Positions 46,816 to 56,098 of a stretch of 64,000 nucleotides of DNA are shown here, piece by piece. The translations under genes and the position numbers were made by a program. This DNA is from a virus: IMG/VR virus record IMGVR_UViG_3300021181_000006, positions 120,467 through 184,466 of that record. One strand, 5' to 3'. The notes under the pieces are model-generated. The model worked only from the letters and a program-made list of their open reading frames with translations, was not told the DNA's origin and made no database searches. Positions within the stretch are counted from its first letter, which is position 1. Each line of letters begins with the position of its first letter.

Positions 46816-47489
46816 TATTTCTTTACTTTACTTAATAAAGTAAAGCCCTTTGTGCGACCACTAGACAATAAATTACCATGAGATAAAGAGTATTCTTCGC
46901 AAAATGGGTTGATAGCATCAGTCGGAATAATTTCGCCATCAGGCATCTTAATAGTATAAAGATTTTTTCGCATATTCTTCTTCATATCATCTGAATATAC
47001 TCTACCTTTATTCTTGCCCATCATAGAATTTCTAGCTTTTTCTCTAGTAGATTCCGATCTAACTGTTCCAAGTTTAGACAAACCAATATTCTTACAATGC
47101 TCTTCTGAACACTTTTTACCTAATTTAGTCACTCGACATTTTTCTATAGACTCTGGTCTATGTTTGCCATGTCCACCTCCAGTACGAAGATTATATCCAT
47201 TGTCTATGGAATTATATTGTTTAATTAAACAAATTTCTGCTCTATCAAGACCATCTTTAGACCAAGAAGATGCCAGTATGGTCACAATAAAATTGTTGAA
47301 CCCGTATTTCTTGATTGCATCACGTATTTTAGGCCGATCTTTACCTTTATAATATTCATATACATTCTGTATATAATATTGAGGATTTCTAGTCGTCTGG
47401 CCAATATAAAATTTACCACTAGGTGACTCTAGTGAGTAAATCACACCATATGGCTTCTTATCCATACCAGTCATACTACCAAACACCAA
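46815..47489 (-). CDS. GIY-YIG homing endonuclease with NUMOD3 repeats
   Basis: YGVIYSLESPSGKFYIGQT, GYNL..GG, KHRPESIEK / KCSEEHCKNIG / RSESTREK. Confidence 0.9.
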   Translation of the reverse strand: MVFGSMTGMDKKPYGVIYSLESPSGKFYIGQTTRNPQYYIQNVYEYYKGKDRPKIRDAIKKYGFNNFIVTILASSWSKDGLDRAEICLIKQYNSIDNGYNLRTGGGHGKHRPESIEKCRVTKLGKKCSEEHCKNIGLSKLGTVRSESTREKARNSMMGKNKGRVYSDDMKKNMRKNLYTIKMPDGEIIPTDAINPFCEEYSLSHGNLLSSGRTKGFTLLSKVKK

Positions 47490-47502
47490 TTACAACGCAA
47501 GT

Positions 47503-47922
47503 TTATCTTACGTGGTAATCCTTAATCGGCTTCAATCCATCGCCATTATGAATAATAGCCTTAGACGTAGTCTTAGCTGTCTGCCCTACAATGCTCTTAG
47601 CGGCAGGTAATCTCGCCGCAATACGTCCAGCTCTAATACCACCAGTTAATGCTGCACCACCAATGGCTCCCTTGAGCGCACCACCAATAGCTGATCCATT
47701 ATCACTAGATCCACCCGCTACAGCTCCACCAGCTGCACCAATAGCCGCACCAGGTAAAGCAGCTTTACCAATACGTTTTAACATACCACTCTTACCAGCT
47801 ACAGCGGATACCAGAGAGGCGGTCTTCATGAGATAGGCGAGTTTAGCTGTCATGGGCTTTATGGCAATAGCTTTGCCATTCCTAATATAAGGTGAGATCT
47901 TAGGAATCTGATTTGGATTCAT
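47503..47922 (-). CDS. KxA-leader cationic glycine-zipper protein
   Basis: AKLAY, MKTAS then GAAIGAAGGAVAGG, GGALKGAIGGAALTGG. Confidence 0.65.
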   Translation of the reverse strand: MNPNQIPKISPYIRNGKAIAIKPMTAKLAYLMKTASLVSAVAGKSGMLKRIGKAALPGAAIGAAGGAVAGGSSDNGSAIGGALKGAIGGAALTGGIRAGRIAARLPAAKSIVGQTAKTTSKAIIHNGDGLKPIKDYHVR

Positions 47923-48748
47923 GGTCTATCCCAAGGTCATCGATGGTAGATGCATTATCTTCGCTGAAGCTTAAGAGTAAAGCGTTGAAGTTCTTAGAAC
48001 GCTGAGGTGACTTCTGGATAGACTCTAACTTCACCATACGATCAATCGACTTAAATGCGAGATCAGCAAGACGACGTGTGGTCTCAAGCCCAGCAGAACT
48101 ACTATCTATTAAGCTTTCTTTATATTTAAAGAACGAGTCTGTGGCAATTTGCTTAATAGCTAACTGAGGATCGATATGGACCGCAACGCCGAGTTTCCAC
48201 CTGACATAATCCTGAGGCTGCACAATGATAGCATTCCGAAAGACTTGCTCGTCCTTCGGATAACAACGCATGGTGGCAAACCAGTCTTTTTGATCTCTGA
48301 CAAACGTCAGATCAGCAAAGAGATGCCGGTAATCGATAATAACTTCTAATGGAACAATAATATTGTAAGTAACATGTAGATCATCATAAATCATCTCAGG
48401 TGTGAGCCTGCCGATAAAAGAGCATTCAATATGACGCTGAATAAGTCTATTACGGATAATATTATCGAATTTATCTATATTGAGCTTATTATTAATAAAA
48501 TACTGATTAATTCCAAGTAATGCTGTGACTGACTTTAAGATTGATGGATGCAGACTGTGCATGCCAGCGGTCATAAAATGACTGCGCAGATTCTCAGGAA
48601 CTGCTATAAGGAAGTATTGATCGTAATATGCAGTTAATAACTCAGTAGATGCGCTAATGCCAGCAGATCGGAGAACTGTACTGATCTTCGTAAAGTCACG
48701 ATTATATGCCACATAGAGGCATCGCAAAAATCGAGTAAAAGGGAACAT
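47900..48748 (-). CDS. hypothetical protein (terminase small-subunit candidate by position only)
   Basis: 282-aa helical ORF upstream of terL; no motif recognised. Confidence 0.55.
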   Translation of the reverse strand: MFPFTRFLRCLYVAYNRDFTKISTVLRSAGISASTELLTAYYDQYFLIAVPENLRSHFMTAGMHSLHPSILKSVTALLGINQYFINNKLNIDKFDNIIRNRLIQRHIECSFIGRLTPEMIYDDLHVTYNIIVPLEVIIDYRHLFADLTFVRDQKDWFATMRCYPKDEQVFRNAIIVQPQDYVRWKLGVAVHIDPQLAIKQIATDSFFKYKESLIDSSSAGLETTRRLADLAFKSIDRMVKLESIQKSPQRSKNFNALLLSFSEDNASTIDDLGIDHESKSDS

Positions 48749-48760
48749 ATCTACATCATC

Positions 48761-49498
48761 TTAATGATGCTTAGACATGCCTTCAATAGCCATAGCGACT
48801 TTTTCGCTTGGCGTGTAATACGTAATCACTTTTCCGGTACGGCTAAGAACTAATATATTACCTTCAGGATCTCGTAACTTCTTTGATCCATCGAGTGATT
48901 GCTTGATGAGCTTAAGCTTTGATGTCTTCGCATCAATAGCCTTCTTAATATAAGCACGCTCAGTGAGTCCCATATCTACTGAGTGCTTCTTAGCATGGCT
49001 ATGAGCGTTACTAGGACTAGTCCATGCCAACTTCGTCATCTCTGCTTCAGTAGTGACGTATCTCACACCGTCTTCCTGATGTTCTAACGCGGGAATAGGG
49101 CCAACCTGCACAACAAGATGCTTTTCAGGCAATACAAACTTATTACCGGAAATAAGCCATGACTTACCATTAATGACTTTTGTCTTGTAGTGGTAGCTAC
49201 CACGAGATAATCGATCTTGTGCATTAGATCCTCTATCGCCAACAGCGAGATTATCTAACGAGACATTACTGCGTGTATTGTCTAAATGGCGAACCTCATG
49301 TTTATCTGGATTAAATCCATCTAAATACGTACTAGCAACTAAACGATGTACTTTGAGATTCTTCAGGCCAGTAGGTGTCGTTAAACGAACTCTTGGATAT
49401 CCATCCACGGTATCCCTACGAACAATCTCCTTATCGCCACGAAAGATTTTACCTTCGGGTGTAATGGAATAATTTTCGTATCCTGGGATAGGTCTCAT
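48761..49498 (-). CDS. NUMOD4-HNH endonuclease fused to a toxin-like RNase domain flanked by KxA sites
   Basis: PIPGYENYSITPEGKIF; VHRLVA..Y; VRHLDNTRSN.SLDNL; then TKLA | HAKKH..MGLT...Y...A...NILVLSRTGKVITYYTP | EKVA. Confidence 0.75.
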   Translation of the reverse strand: MRPIPGYENYSITPEGKIFRGDKEIVRRDTVDGYPRVRLTTPTGLKNLKVHRLVASTYLDGFNPDKHEVRHLDNTRSNVSLDNLAVGDRGSNAQDRLSRGSYHYKTKVINGKSWLISGNKFVLPEKHLVVQVGPIPALEHQEDGVRYVTTEAEMTKLAWTSPSNAHSHAKKHSVDMGLTERAYIKKAIDAKTSKLKLIKQSLDGSKKLRDPEGNILVLSRTGKVITYYTPSEKVAMAIEGMSKHH

Positions 49499-49689
49499 TG
49501 GAGTGATGCTATAGCCTGTGCGATTTTATCTAGCGATTCTGTCTGATCTTTATTACCCTTATTACGAAATGCTGAAACGAGGATAGCAAAGTTTGGATCT
49601 TCGTTATAGCGCTTCTTAGCCAGCGGTATAGCCATATCCTCAGCATTGGTAATTTGGATACCTTTATCAGGCGAGACTTCCATGCTCAT
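49495..49689 (-). CDS. small protein with C-terminal LDKIAQAI motif
   Basis: ATGA-coupled; KxA motif. Confidence 0.6.
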   Translation of the reverse strand: MSMEVSPDKGIQITNAEDMAIPLAKKRYNEDPNFAILVSAFRNKGNKDQTESLDKIAQAIASLQ

Positions 49690-50036
49690 AGATAACCATT
49701 TCCAACACTGATCTCAGCTGCAGGAGTCGCTGAAGCATCTCCAGATGAAGCATTACCACCAACTGAAGCTTCATCAGCACCTACAAGACCGGTAGGACGA
49801 CTATTTCTTGGAAATATATCTTCGTGTAACGAATGGTGAGATCCACTAAAACCTTCGATAGCTTTAGCAATCTTCTCGCAATGCGTCGCTTCGAGTTCTT
49901 TCCAACCCTTTACTTTATTCTTATCTGAAGCCTTAGAGTTCAGGATGAGCTGCTCTTTCGCTTCATGTACAGCATTACTGTCGCAGATTGCTTTTGCTAT
50001 CTTTTCTATAGATGACATCGGTTTCTGCTTTCTCAA
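49686..50036 (-). CDS. small protein with two EKIAKAI motifs
   Basis: SSIEKIAKAI, CEKIAKAI. Confidence 0.6.
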   Translation of the reverse strand: MRKQKPMSSIEKIAKAICDSNAVHEAKEQLILNSKASDKNKVKGWKELEATHCEKIAKAIEGFSGSHHSLHEDIFPRNSRPTGLVGADEASVGGNASSGDASATPAAEISVGNGYL

Positions 50037-50187
50037 TCGCTTTTTTATTAAACTTTTTATTCTTATAAGCCTGAAGCTGTTCTTTTATACTTTTTCCAGA
50101 CTTAGAAGATAACTGATGAGCTTCACCAGCAGCAAAGTTTCGCATCAACTTAGCAGCAGATGCAATCTTACTTAGGTGCTTTGACAT
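49975..50187 (-). CDS. small basic protein with LSKIAS leader
   Basis: MSKHLSKIASAA followed by a K-rich body. Confidence 0.55.
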   Translation of the reverse strand: MSKHLSKIASAAKLMRNFAAGEAHQLSSKSGKSIKEQLQAYKNKKFNKKAIEKAETDVIYRKDSKSNLRQ

Positions 50188-50671
50188 ACTTTAATGTCGG
50201 AGCTTCTTTAGGATTTACAACTGGTTTTCTGATAATCTCAGTGGCTGCAGTAGCCTTATTAATACTAGGATTAATACTAGGAGCAGGAGCTTTCATTTTC
50301 ATGATAGCACTCATCGTACTTGCGCATTTACTCATTACCTTGCGCGACTTAGGACAGTACGTAGCTGAACTGACCAGATTACTGGTAGCCTGTACGTTCT
50401 TATTCTCTTGAGTCGATCCATTCGATGAATAAGGGCTATAATCCTCAGACATCATAGATGCTTCAATCGCAGCCATCTTCAGCATGGCCTGCTTCACGCG
50501 ATACATATTACCGCTATGGGAATCCATATGGAATGTATTAGGACGCTTTCCAAGGGCACCTTGGAACTCTGGCTTCACGAAGTTTTTAGGACCAGATGAG
50601 AGGATCTTTGATCCACCCTTCAGGACGTTGCCAACAGTATTAATGGCGTCAGCGATCTTTTCGAAACTCAT
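50168..50671 (-). CDS. protein with MSFEKIADAI leader
   Basis: leader plus internal RVKQAMLKMAA. Confidence 0.65.
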   Translation of the reverse strand: MSFEKIADAINTVGNVLKGGSKILSSGPKNFVKPEFQGALGKRPNTFHMDSHSGNMYRVKQAMLKMAAIEASMMSEDYSPYSSNGSTQENKNVQATSNLVSSATYCPKSRKVMSKCASTMSAIMKMKAPAPSINPSINKATAATEIIRKPVVNPKEAPTLKYVKAPK

Positions 50672-51018
50672 TAGTCGTCCTTTTTCTTACGCTTGGCAAG
50701 ATGATAAGCTGCGACACCACCTAAGGCAGCACCAGCATAACGTGTAGCTTTCAGAGCACGTATTACATTCTTAGCACGAGGTAGATCTTGATTTGCCGCC
50801 GCCAAATTAAATGCTTTAATAGCATGATCTTTAGCTAAATGATGTGCAAGAGCATGGCCAGCAAGCATACCTGTTTCAACGGCGAAGCCAGTACCAGCTG
50901 AACGTAAAACAGCATGAGTACGACTTTCGCCTTTATCCAGTTTCCTTTGACTGCCAATAACAGCACCAACGATAGCGTTGGCCTGCTTTATAGCATCAGC
51001 AATCTTTTCTAAACTCAT
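50671..51018 (-). CDS. protein with MSLEKIADAIKQA leader and glycine zippers
   Basis: leader; AIVGAVIG, GTGFAVETG, YAGAALGGVAAY. Confidence 0.65.
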   Translation of the reverse strand: MSLEKIADAIKQANAIVGAVIGSQRKLDKGESRTHAVLRSAGTGFAVETGMLAGHALAHHLAKDHAIKAFNLAAANQDLPRAKNVIRALKATRYAGAALGGVAAYHLAKRKKKDD

Positions 51019-52670
51019 TGTAATCCCTTTAATGAGTCGATGACTCGTTGTAAGTATTTCATAGCCATTTTTGTAGCGTTTTCATCGCCTTTAAGACCAA
51101 GTCTGATCATGACCAAGATTTTTGCTAATCCATTAACGCAATCTTGCATATCAGGGAGCATTTGGATGAAGGCTTGGATATTTTCTTCATTCACAAACCC
51201 GAGACCAAGAATGGCATCTACGGAATCTGGATCTGAGAGCGCTGCAGCGAGTTTAATACGATCATTCCAACCGAGTTTCACTGGTGTAGGTACTGATGCC
51301 ACTTTCATGGCCTGACTGTCAGTCACACCAGAAATAATCACACGACCACGATTCTCAGCAGTCTTTACTAACTCTTCAGCATTAGAATAGAATGGCTTTA
51401 GTTTAGCAGTCAACTCTACCGCATTCATGCCATGGAACGAACCAACCTTCTCATTCTCAAACTGGTAATTATCACCAGAAAACTTCAGAAATGTCAGGTT
51501 AGGACTGATCTTCGCCATAGCCATCTTCTGGAGAACATCGTCCTCCTGAAGAGGATGAATACGCTTACCCAGTTTCACAATACCTAATGATTTAGGAATC
51601 AGATAACCGCCAGCGATCTTCTGGATAGAAGCGATCTTTTCTGAGAACTGTAAACGGATAGTCTCACCAAAATGAGTACGAGCTGCGAGCTTAATACCAT
51701 CTGGAGTCGTCATCTTACTGAGGATCTGGATAGGCTCTAAAGCGACACCACTGGTCTTCACGAAGCATATATCATCGCCCATGTCGAATGAACTCGTGGC
51801 TTCAATAGGAGCTGAATAGGACTTACCAGCCATCTTTTCCTGATAGCCATACACATCCTTGCCGATGAATAAGCTATGAGCCAGCTTTTCACCAGCAAGG
51901 GTTTCTACATCGTGAATAAACACACCGGTAACGGCACCTTGCTTACGATCTACGACGATAGCTCCACCAGTCTTGGTCAGAGGCTCAAAACCCATATCAA
52001 TTTTATCGAGAACCATACCTGCAACTTTTGACTGCTGATTCAATGCTTTTGGCGTTGGATCAACCGTCACCAACTTAGCAATTTTTTCTAATGACGTGAC
52101 AGTGCCATTAGCTTTAAAGCCAGCTTGGTATGACATATTTTCTTGTAATGTCTCATGAAACGCAGCCATATCGTCTTTATAAGCGCTAACGATACGCTCA
52201 GCATATTTTCCATAACCTGGAGTACTCTGAGGATCAAGACCCTCATGCGATGCTTGCATGTAATGGTCTACGCGACCTTCAGAACTCTTGCGCTTGAGTT
52301 TTCCCATAGCCTGCTTCTTCTGAAGCAGAGACATGAGATTCTCTTCTGTCAGTGGGAACACATGGTCTTTCCCCACCATGAGAGTATCCAAAGCAGCTAA
52401 CCTACGCTTTTTGATGATTAAAGGCACTGTTGCCTGGACATCAGGGATATTGAGGCGAACACCGCCCTGAGCGTAACCTAATTCTTTATCGAGATTCTTG
52501 AACACGATTTCAAACGGTACTTGAGCTAAAAATGGTATTTCTTCGTTAATGTGAGAGATGATCTCTTCATCCCACTTCGCGCAGTTGTCACTCAGCTTAA
52601 AATCAGCCGTCTTCTCACTGTCAAACGACGGTGGATCGATGAATAACGATTGATGAGCATGAGGCTTCAT
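51015..52670 (-). CDS. large KxA-rich virion protein
   Basis: at least 11 K-x-A motifs in 551 aa; AGGA SD. Confidence 0.75.
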   Translation of the reverse strand: MKPHAHQSLFIDPPSFDSEKTADFKLSDNCAKWDEEIISHINEEIPFLAQVPFEIVFKNLDKELGYAQGGVRLNIPDVQATVPLIIKKRRLAALDTLMVGKDHVFPLTEENLMSLLQKKQAMGKLKRKSSEGRVDHYMQASHEGLDPQSTPGYGKYAERIVSAYKDDMAAFHETLQENMSYQAGFKANGTVTSLEKIAKLVTVDPTPKALNQQSKVAGMVLDKIDMGFEPLTKTGGAIVVDRKQGAVTGVFIHDVETLAGEKLAHSLFIGKDVYGYQEKMAGKSYSAPIEATSSFDMGDDICFVKTSGVALEPIQILSKMTTPDGIKLAARTHFGETIRLQFSEKIASIQKIAGGYLIPKSLGIVKLGKRIHPLQEDDVLQKMAMAKISPNLTFLKFSGDNYQFENEKVGSFHGMNAVELTAKLKPFYSNAEELVKTAENRGRVIISGVTDSQAMKVASVPTPVKLGWNDRIKLAAALSDPDSVDAILGLGFVNEENIQAFIQMLPDMQDCVNGLAKILVMIRLGLKGDENATKMAMKYLQRVIDSLKGLQ

Positions 52671-52711
52671 ATTATCAGTGTCCTATTAGGCTCTACTGGT
52701 ACAGTGTACAT

Positions 52712-53014
52712 TTAGGCAGAGAAAAATCCATTTGTTCCAGCGACGGTACAGAGTCCTAAAGGTGGAGCTGTTGCAACACCCAAGGTTGCCACTGGCTTTC
52801 CATTAATAGTGAAGTGCCCTGATGCAACAATGGTTGTCGGAGACGTATCAAATGGCTCACTTGTCTCCTGGGCTTCTCCAATATCACCAAGCACTAATAC
52901 GAGTATACCTAAGATAGTGAAGTGGCTCTGCCCACTAGCCACAGGAGCTACAATCTGTGCATATGCCGTAGGGGCAAACAATGCTAAGCCAGACTGAGCA
53001 ATGAATCCGCTCAT
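52712..53014 (-). CDS. PAAR-like baseplate spike tip
   Basis: follows spike gene; HFTINGKPVATLG repeat-like motif; ~100 aa. Confidence 0.65.
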   Translation of the reverse strand: MSGFIAQSGLALFAPTAYAQIVAPVASGQSHFTILGILVLVLGDIGEAQETSEPFDTSPTTIVASGHFTINGKPVATLGVATAPPLGLCTVAGTNGFFSA

Positions 53015-54393
53015 GATTCAAACTGATTATCTGGATTAGGCATAAGATTGGCAGGCGTAGGAACAGGATCGGCTGGAGGAGTAATAATCACAGGCGTAGT
53101 CGTTGGCAGTGATGTAACTGATGGAGCGTTCAACGCCAAGGTACCTTCAGACTGAACCGTAGTGCTCGTCGCACCATCTATAGCTACTGTTGGAGCACTA
53201 ACATTGATTGCAGTATTACCGCTAATATTAATAATGTTAGCATTGAGATTGAGTACAGATGCTTTAATATCAACTTCGTTAGATTTGAGTGCGATCTTTG
53301 AGCTAGAGACAATATCGACTTCACCACGTTGGTTCATTTCTATTTGTACAACAGGATTATTACCAGTACCAAGTACCACTTGGAGCAGTCCTGCTGATGT
53401 TTTGGTTACTTTAATGAGGTAGGTAACGCCGCCATCACTCGATCCGACTTCTTCGATGACAGAACCATCATTACGCCATTCCTTTTTATATACTGGCGAC
53501 TTTGAGGTAATCTGTCCATTACTTCCTTGTACACTATATACTTTTCTACGCTTAACCGCAGTAGAGTTTAAAATAGTCTGTGGCTTAGCCCTTACCCGTC
53601 CAATTGGCCCCGAGAGATCGATAGATGATGTCCATCCTGTGCTTTGGAGAGACGTCTGTAAATCAGTAAATCCTTTTTCTTCACGTAAGAGATACGTAGG
53701 AGATATAGGATTATCAGTGACGTTTAATACATCATATAATGCGCTATAGGCATCTTTATCTAACGATGAAATAAATGTCTTACGAAGCTGTTGTAAGCCA
53801 GGAATGCGTTCTTCATCCCATAGAGCATGACGCATCCGATGCGCCGCTTCTGGTATCATATAATCAGTACAAAGGTCACCAGATCGTAATACGATTATTC
53901 CAGATGCTTTAAGCTTTATTTTTCCATGTTGTCCGATGAATCCATGATCGCCTTGATCATGACCAAAGTCAGATAAATATGGGATATTATCGGCAAGTGG
54001 TAAGCCAACGTCGGTGAGGTTAATATATGATTCATAGCCGTTATGAGTTTGCTGATCATCGGTTATCGATCTTCCAGGAATAGGGATTGGACCCCCTAAG
54101 CATCCTAAGATGATCTGTATATTTCCACCGGTGCGAAAGTATACAATTCGACTTCCATTAGTAGGAAGTCCAACAGTGCCTTCTTTTGTCTCTACATTAT
54201 AGAGTGGTGTTAACATGATCCCTACAAGATCTGATTCGCCACTCTGTGTATCATCAAAGGTAATGAGATGTGTTTTAGGATCGGCAGTCTTTACACGTCC
54301 TTGACGTAAAACACGATCCATCGCTGGTTCTACACCAGTAAGTGAAGTCCGCGCATCATGAGTACCAAGCATACGTTTCATAGTGATAATCAT
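53011..54393 (-). CDS. baseplate central spike (gp5/GpV/VgrG-like)
   Basis: N-terminal OB-fold GRVKTAD...LPTNGSRIV...IILG; C-terminal beta-repeat VDIVSSSKIALKSNEVDIKASVLNLNANIINISG. Confidence 0.75.
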   Translation of the reverse strand: MIITMKRMLGTHDARTSLTGVEPAMDRVLRQGRVKTADPKTHLITFDDTQSGESDLVGIMLTPLYNVETKEGTVGLPTNGSRIVYFRTGGNIQIILGCLGGPIPIPGRSITDDQQTHNGYESYINLTDVGLPLADNIPYLSDFGHDQGDHGFIGQHGKIKLKASGIIVLRSGDLCTDYMIPEAAHRMRHALWDEERIPGLQQLRKTFISSLDKDAYSALYDVLNVTDNPISPTYLLREEKGFTDLQTSLQSTGWTSSIDLSGPIGRVRAKPQTILNSTAVKRRKVYSVQGSNGQITSKSPVYKKEWRNDGSVIEEVGSSDGGVTYLIKVTKTSAGLLQVVLGTGNNPVVQIEMNQRGEVDIVSSSKIALKSNEVDIKASVLNLNANIINISGNTAINVSAPTVAIDGATSTTVQSEGTLALNAPSVTSLPTTTPVIITPPADPVPTPANLMPNPDNQFES

Positions 54394-54439
54394 ATCTAAA
54401 AAAATGAAACTGTCTGCATAAAAAACTTATCGCAGATTG

Positions 54440-54448
54440 TGATATAAT
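54440..54448 (+). promoter_or_regulatory. extended -10 promoter (TGnTATAAT)
   Basis: TGATATAAT followed by ATCTATAC, the same flank as at 5692. Confidence 0.6.
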
Positions 54449-54522
54449 ATCTATACACAAGTCACTCCGACTGGTGTATGTAGTGTTGTCATGTTCCTTA
54501 CCTCAAGGGAATACGTAATTCT

Positions 54523-55788
54523 ATGACGTCTATCGCTATCGACCAGGTGAGGGCTTTGGCCTCTCGCTTCGAAACTGCTACTGACCGTAATACGGTCATC
54601 CGTAGCAAAGAAATATGCCTCAGTGAAGATTCTTTCGCCAAGAACATCGTCTTCTTGAATGTCGATGAGAACTTGTACGTTCTCCTCGCCAATCCGGCAG
54701 CGACTGATGAGGATCTCAAGGCGCATTATCGCCTGAATGCTCATACTTGTGCGATTCTGCGGTTCAAACAGAACATGGAAGGTACCGAGCTTCCTTACTC
54801 CGGTAAGCCAGTTCCTGCCAGCCATGCTGAAATTCACCAGTCCGGGTTCAACGATAGCCGTGTGAAAATCAAGCGAATCAGCGACGGGGTAATCCATCTG
54901 GAAGCTCCCGTTTCAGTTCGTGCAGGAGCCGAAGTGCGCCTGATGAAGATCGAAAAAGCCAATACGAAGATCGAAGCGATCTGTAGGGTCTGCGAGACCA
55001 TGCAGTGGCTTCCAGTATTCCATGGCACCAATGGTATCTGCATCGAATGCAATACCAATCTGGTCGTTCCTGCCAAGATCAAGCTTGGCTGCAATCTGCG
55101 CTGGCTGGAACAGGAGGGCATGTTCTTCAAGGAGATCCGCCCCAAATCGCGCCGCTTCAAGGCTGACGAAGTCACCTTCAAGGGGTTCGATCACAATATC
55201 TACACGATCCAACTGCCAAATGGTGAGGAAGTGCGTTGCTTCCAAGACTCAAGCGGCAATTACCGAGAGGAGACGAAACCTCTTTGTTGGCCTTTCAGCA
55301 ACTTCAATCCCGAGTCCATGCAAACGGTGGATGGCGATACACGATACCTGTTCGAGGGGAACTGGTATACAATCGACATGGCACGATGGGCAAAGGGTCT
55401 GAGGACGAAGCTCAAGGACCTACGAACTGATCGCTCAAAGTGGACACCACTCGCTTACGATGGGCTGTTCAACGACGATCCGACATATGGCGATAAGACA
55501 CTCGAACACATGCGTCGGGTCTTTAATATCGCTGTCGGCAAGCGTATCGCCGAGAATCTTCGCCCCAACAAGAAGAACTACGAAGAGTGCGTCGAGCACT
55601 TGAAGATGATCTTCGATCAGCCAGACTGCTCCAGGCAACTGTATGAGATCCTCAAGGAGAAGTTGGACAAGATCTGTCAGGTTGGCAACTTTCATGCCAA
55701 TCTGCATGCGCCTTGGGCTCAGGAAGTGGTCACCATGTATACTGCAATCAACAACATGCAGACCAATACTGCGGTTCAGCACGCATAA
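54523..55788 (+). CDS. stand-alone GC-rich protein with CxxC..CxxC Zn finger, function unknown
   Basis: 421-aa ORF; AAGGGA SD; CRVC...CIEC; own promoter and terminator. Confidence 0.8.
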   Translation: MTSIAIDQVRALASRFETATDRNTVIRSKEICLSEDSFAKNIVFLNVDENLYVLLANPAATDEDLKAHYRLNAHTCAILRFKQNMEGTELPYSGKPVPASHAEIHQSGFNDSRVKIKRISDGVIHLEAPVSVRAGAEVRLMKIEKANTKIEAICRVCETMQWLPVFHGTNGICIECNTNLVVPAKIKLGCNLRWLEQEGMFFKEIRPKSRRFKADEVTFKGFDHNIYTIQLPNGEEVRCFQDSSGNYREETKPLCWPFSNFNPESMQTVDGDTRYLFEGNWYTIDMARWAKGLRTKLKDLRTDRSKWTPLAYDGLFNDDPTYGDKTLEHMRRVFNIAVGKRIAENLRPNKKNYEECVEHLKMIFDQPDCSRQLYEILKEKLDKICQVGNFHANLHAPWAQEVVTMYTAINNMQTNTAVQHA

Positions 55789-55801
55789 TTCTATGTATAC
55801 C

Positions 55802-55837
55802 AAGAACACTTAACCCAGGTTAAGTGTTCTTTAGCTA
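55802..55837 (+). terminator. intrinsic terminator followed by TTAGCTA
   Basis: AAGAACACTTAAC-CCAG-GTTAAGTGTTCTT-TAGCTA. Confidence 0.8.
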
Positions 55838-55891
55838 TTAGGAAATATGGTAGAAGCCCAATACCGACATTTAATATTAATTCTTTCATAA

Positions 55892-56098
55892 GTGAAAACC
55901 ATTATGTCGCAAGACACACATATCAAGTTTCCTCAATCAAACAGTGATGATTTCGATAATGCTGTAGCAGATAGTCATGATACTATCACTATGCGTTTAT
56001 ATACTACCGTACAAATTATTCATGCTGTAACTGGACTCGTTATTGCCGCTAACGATCTATACTGCAATATTAATAATACAGGTAAGAAAACTGTTTAA
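55892..56098 (+). CDS. hypothetical protein
   Basis: 68-aa ORF (GTG start) between two terminators. Confidence 0.4.
   Translation: MKTIMSQDTHIKFPQSNSDDFDNAVADSHDTITMRLYTTVQIIHAVTGLVIAANDLYCNINNTGKKTV

Noticed and set aside
46815-47489. GIY-YIG gene as part of a group I intron in terL
   Set aside because: terL is intact from its own ATG with Walker A near the N-terminus; no upstream exon or intron core is evident
51015-52670. 551-aa ORF as the portal protein
   Set aside because: Size fits, but I recognise no portal features and it is riddled with KxA sites; the portal probably lies outside the window (HHpred would settle it)
54451-55809. Minus-strand ORFs 54451..54897, 54834..55181, 54913..55245 and 55435..55809
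   Set aside because: Shadows of the GC-rich plus-strand gene, which has promoter, SD and terminator
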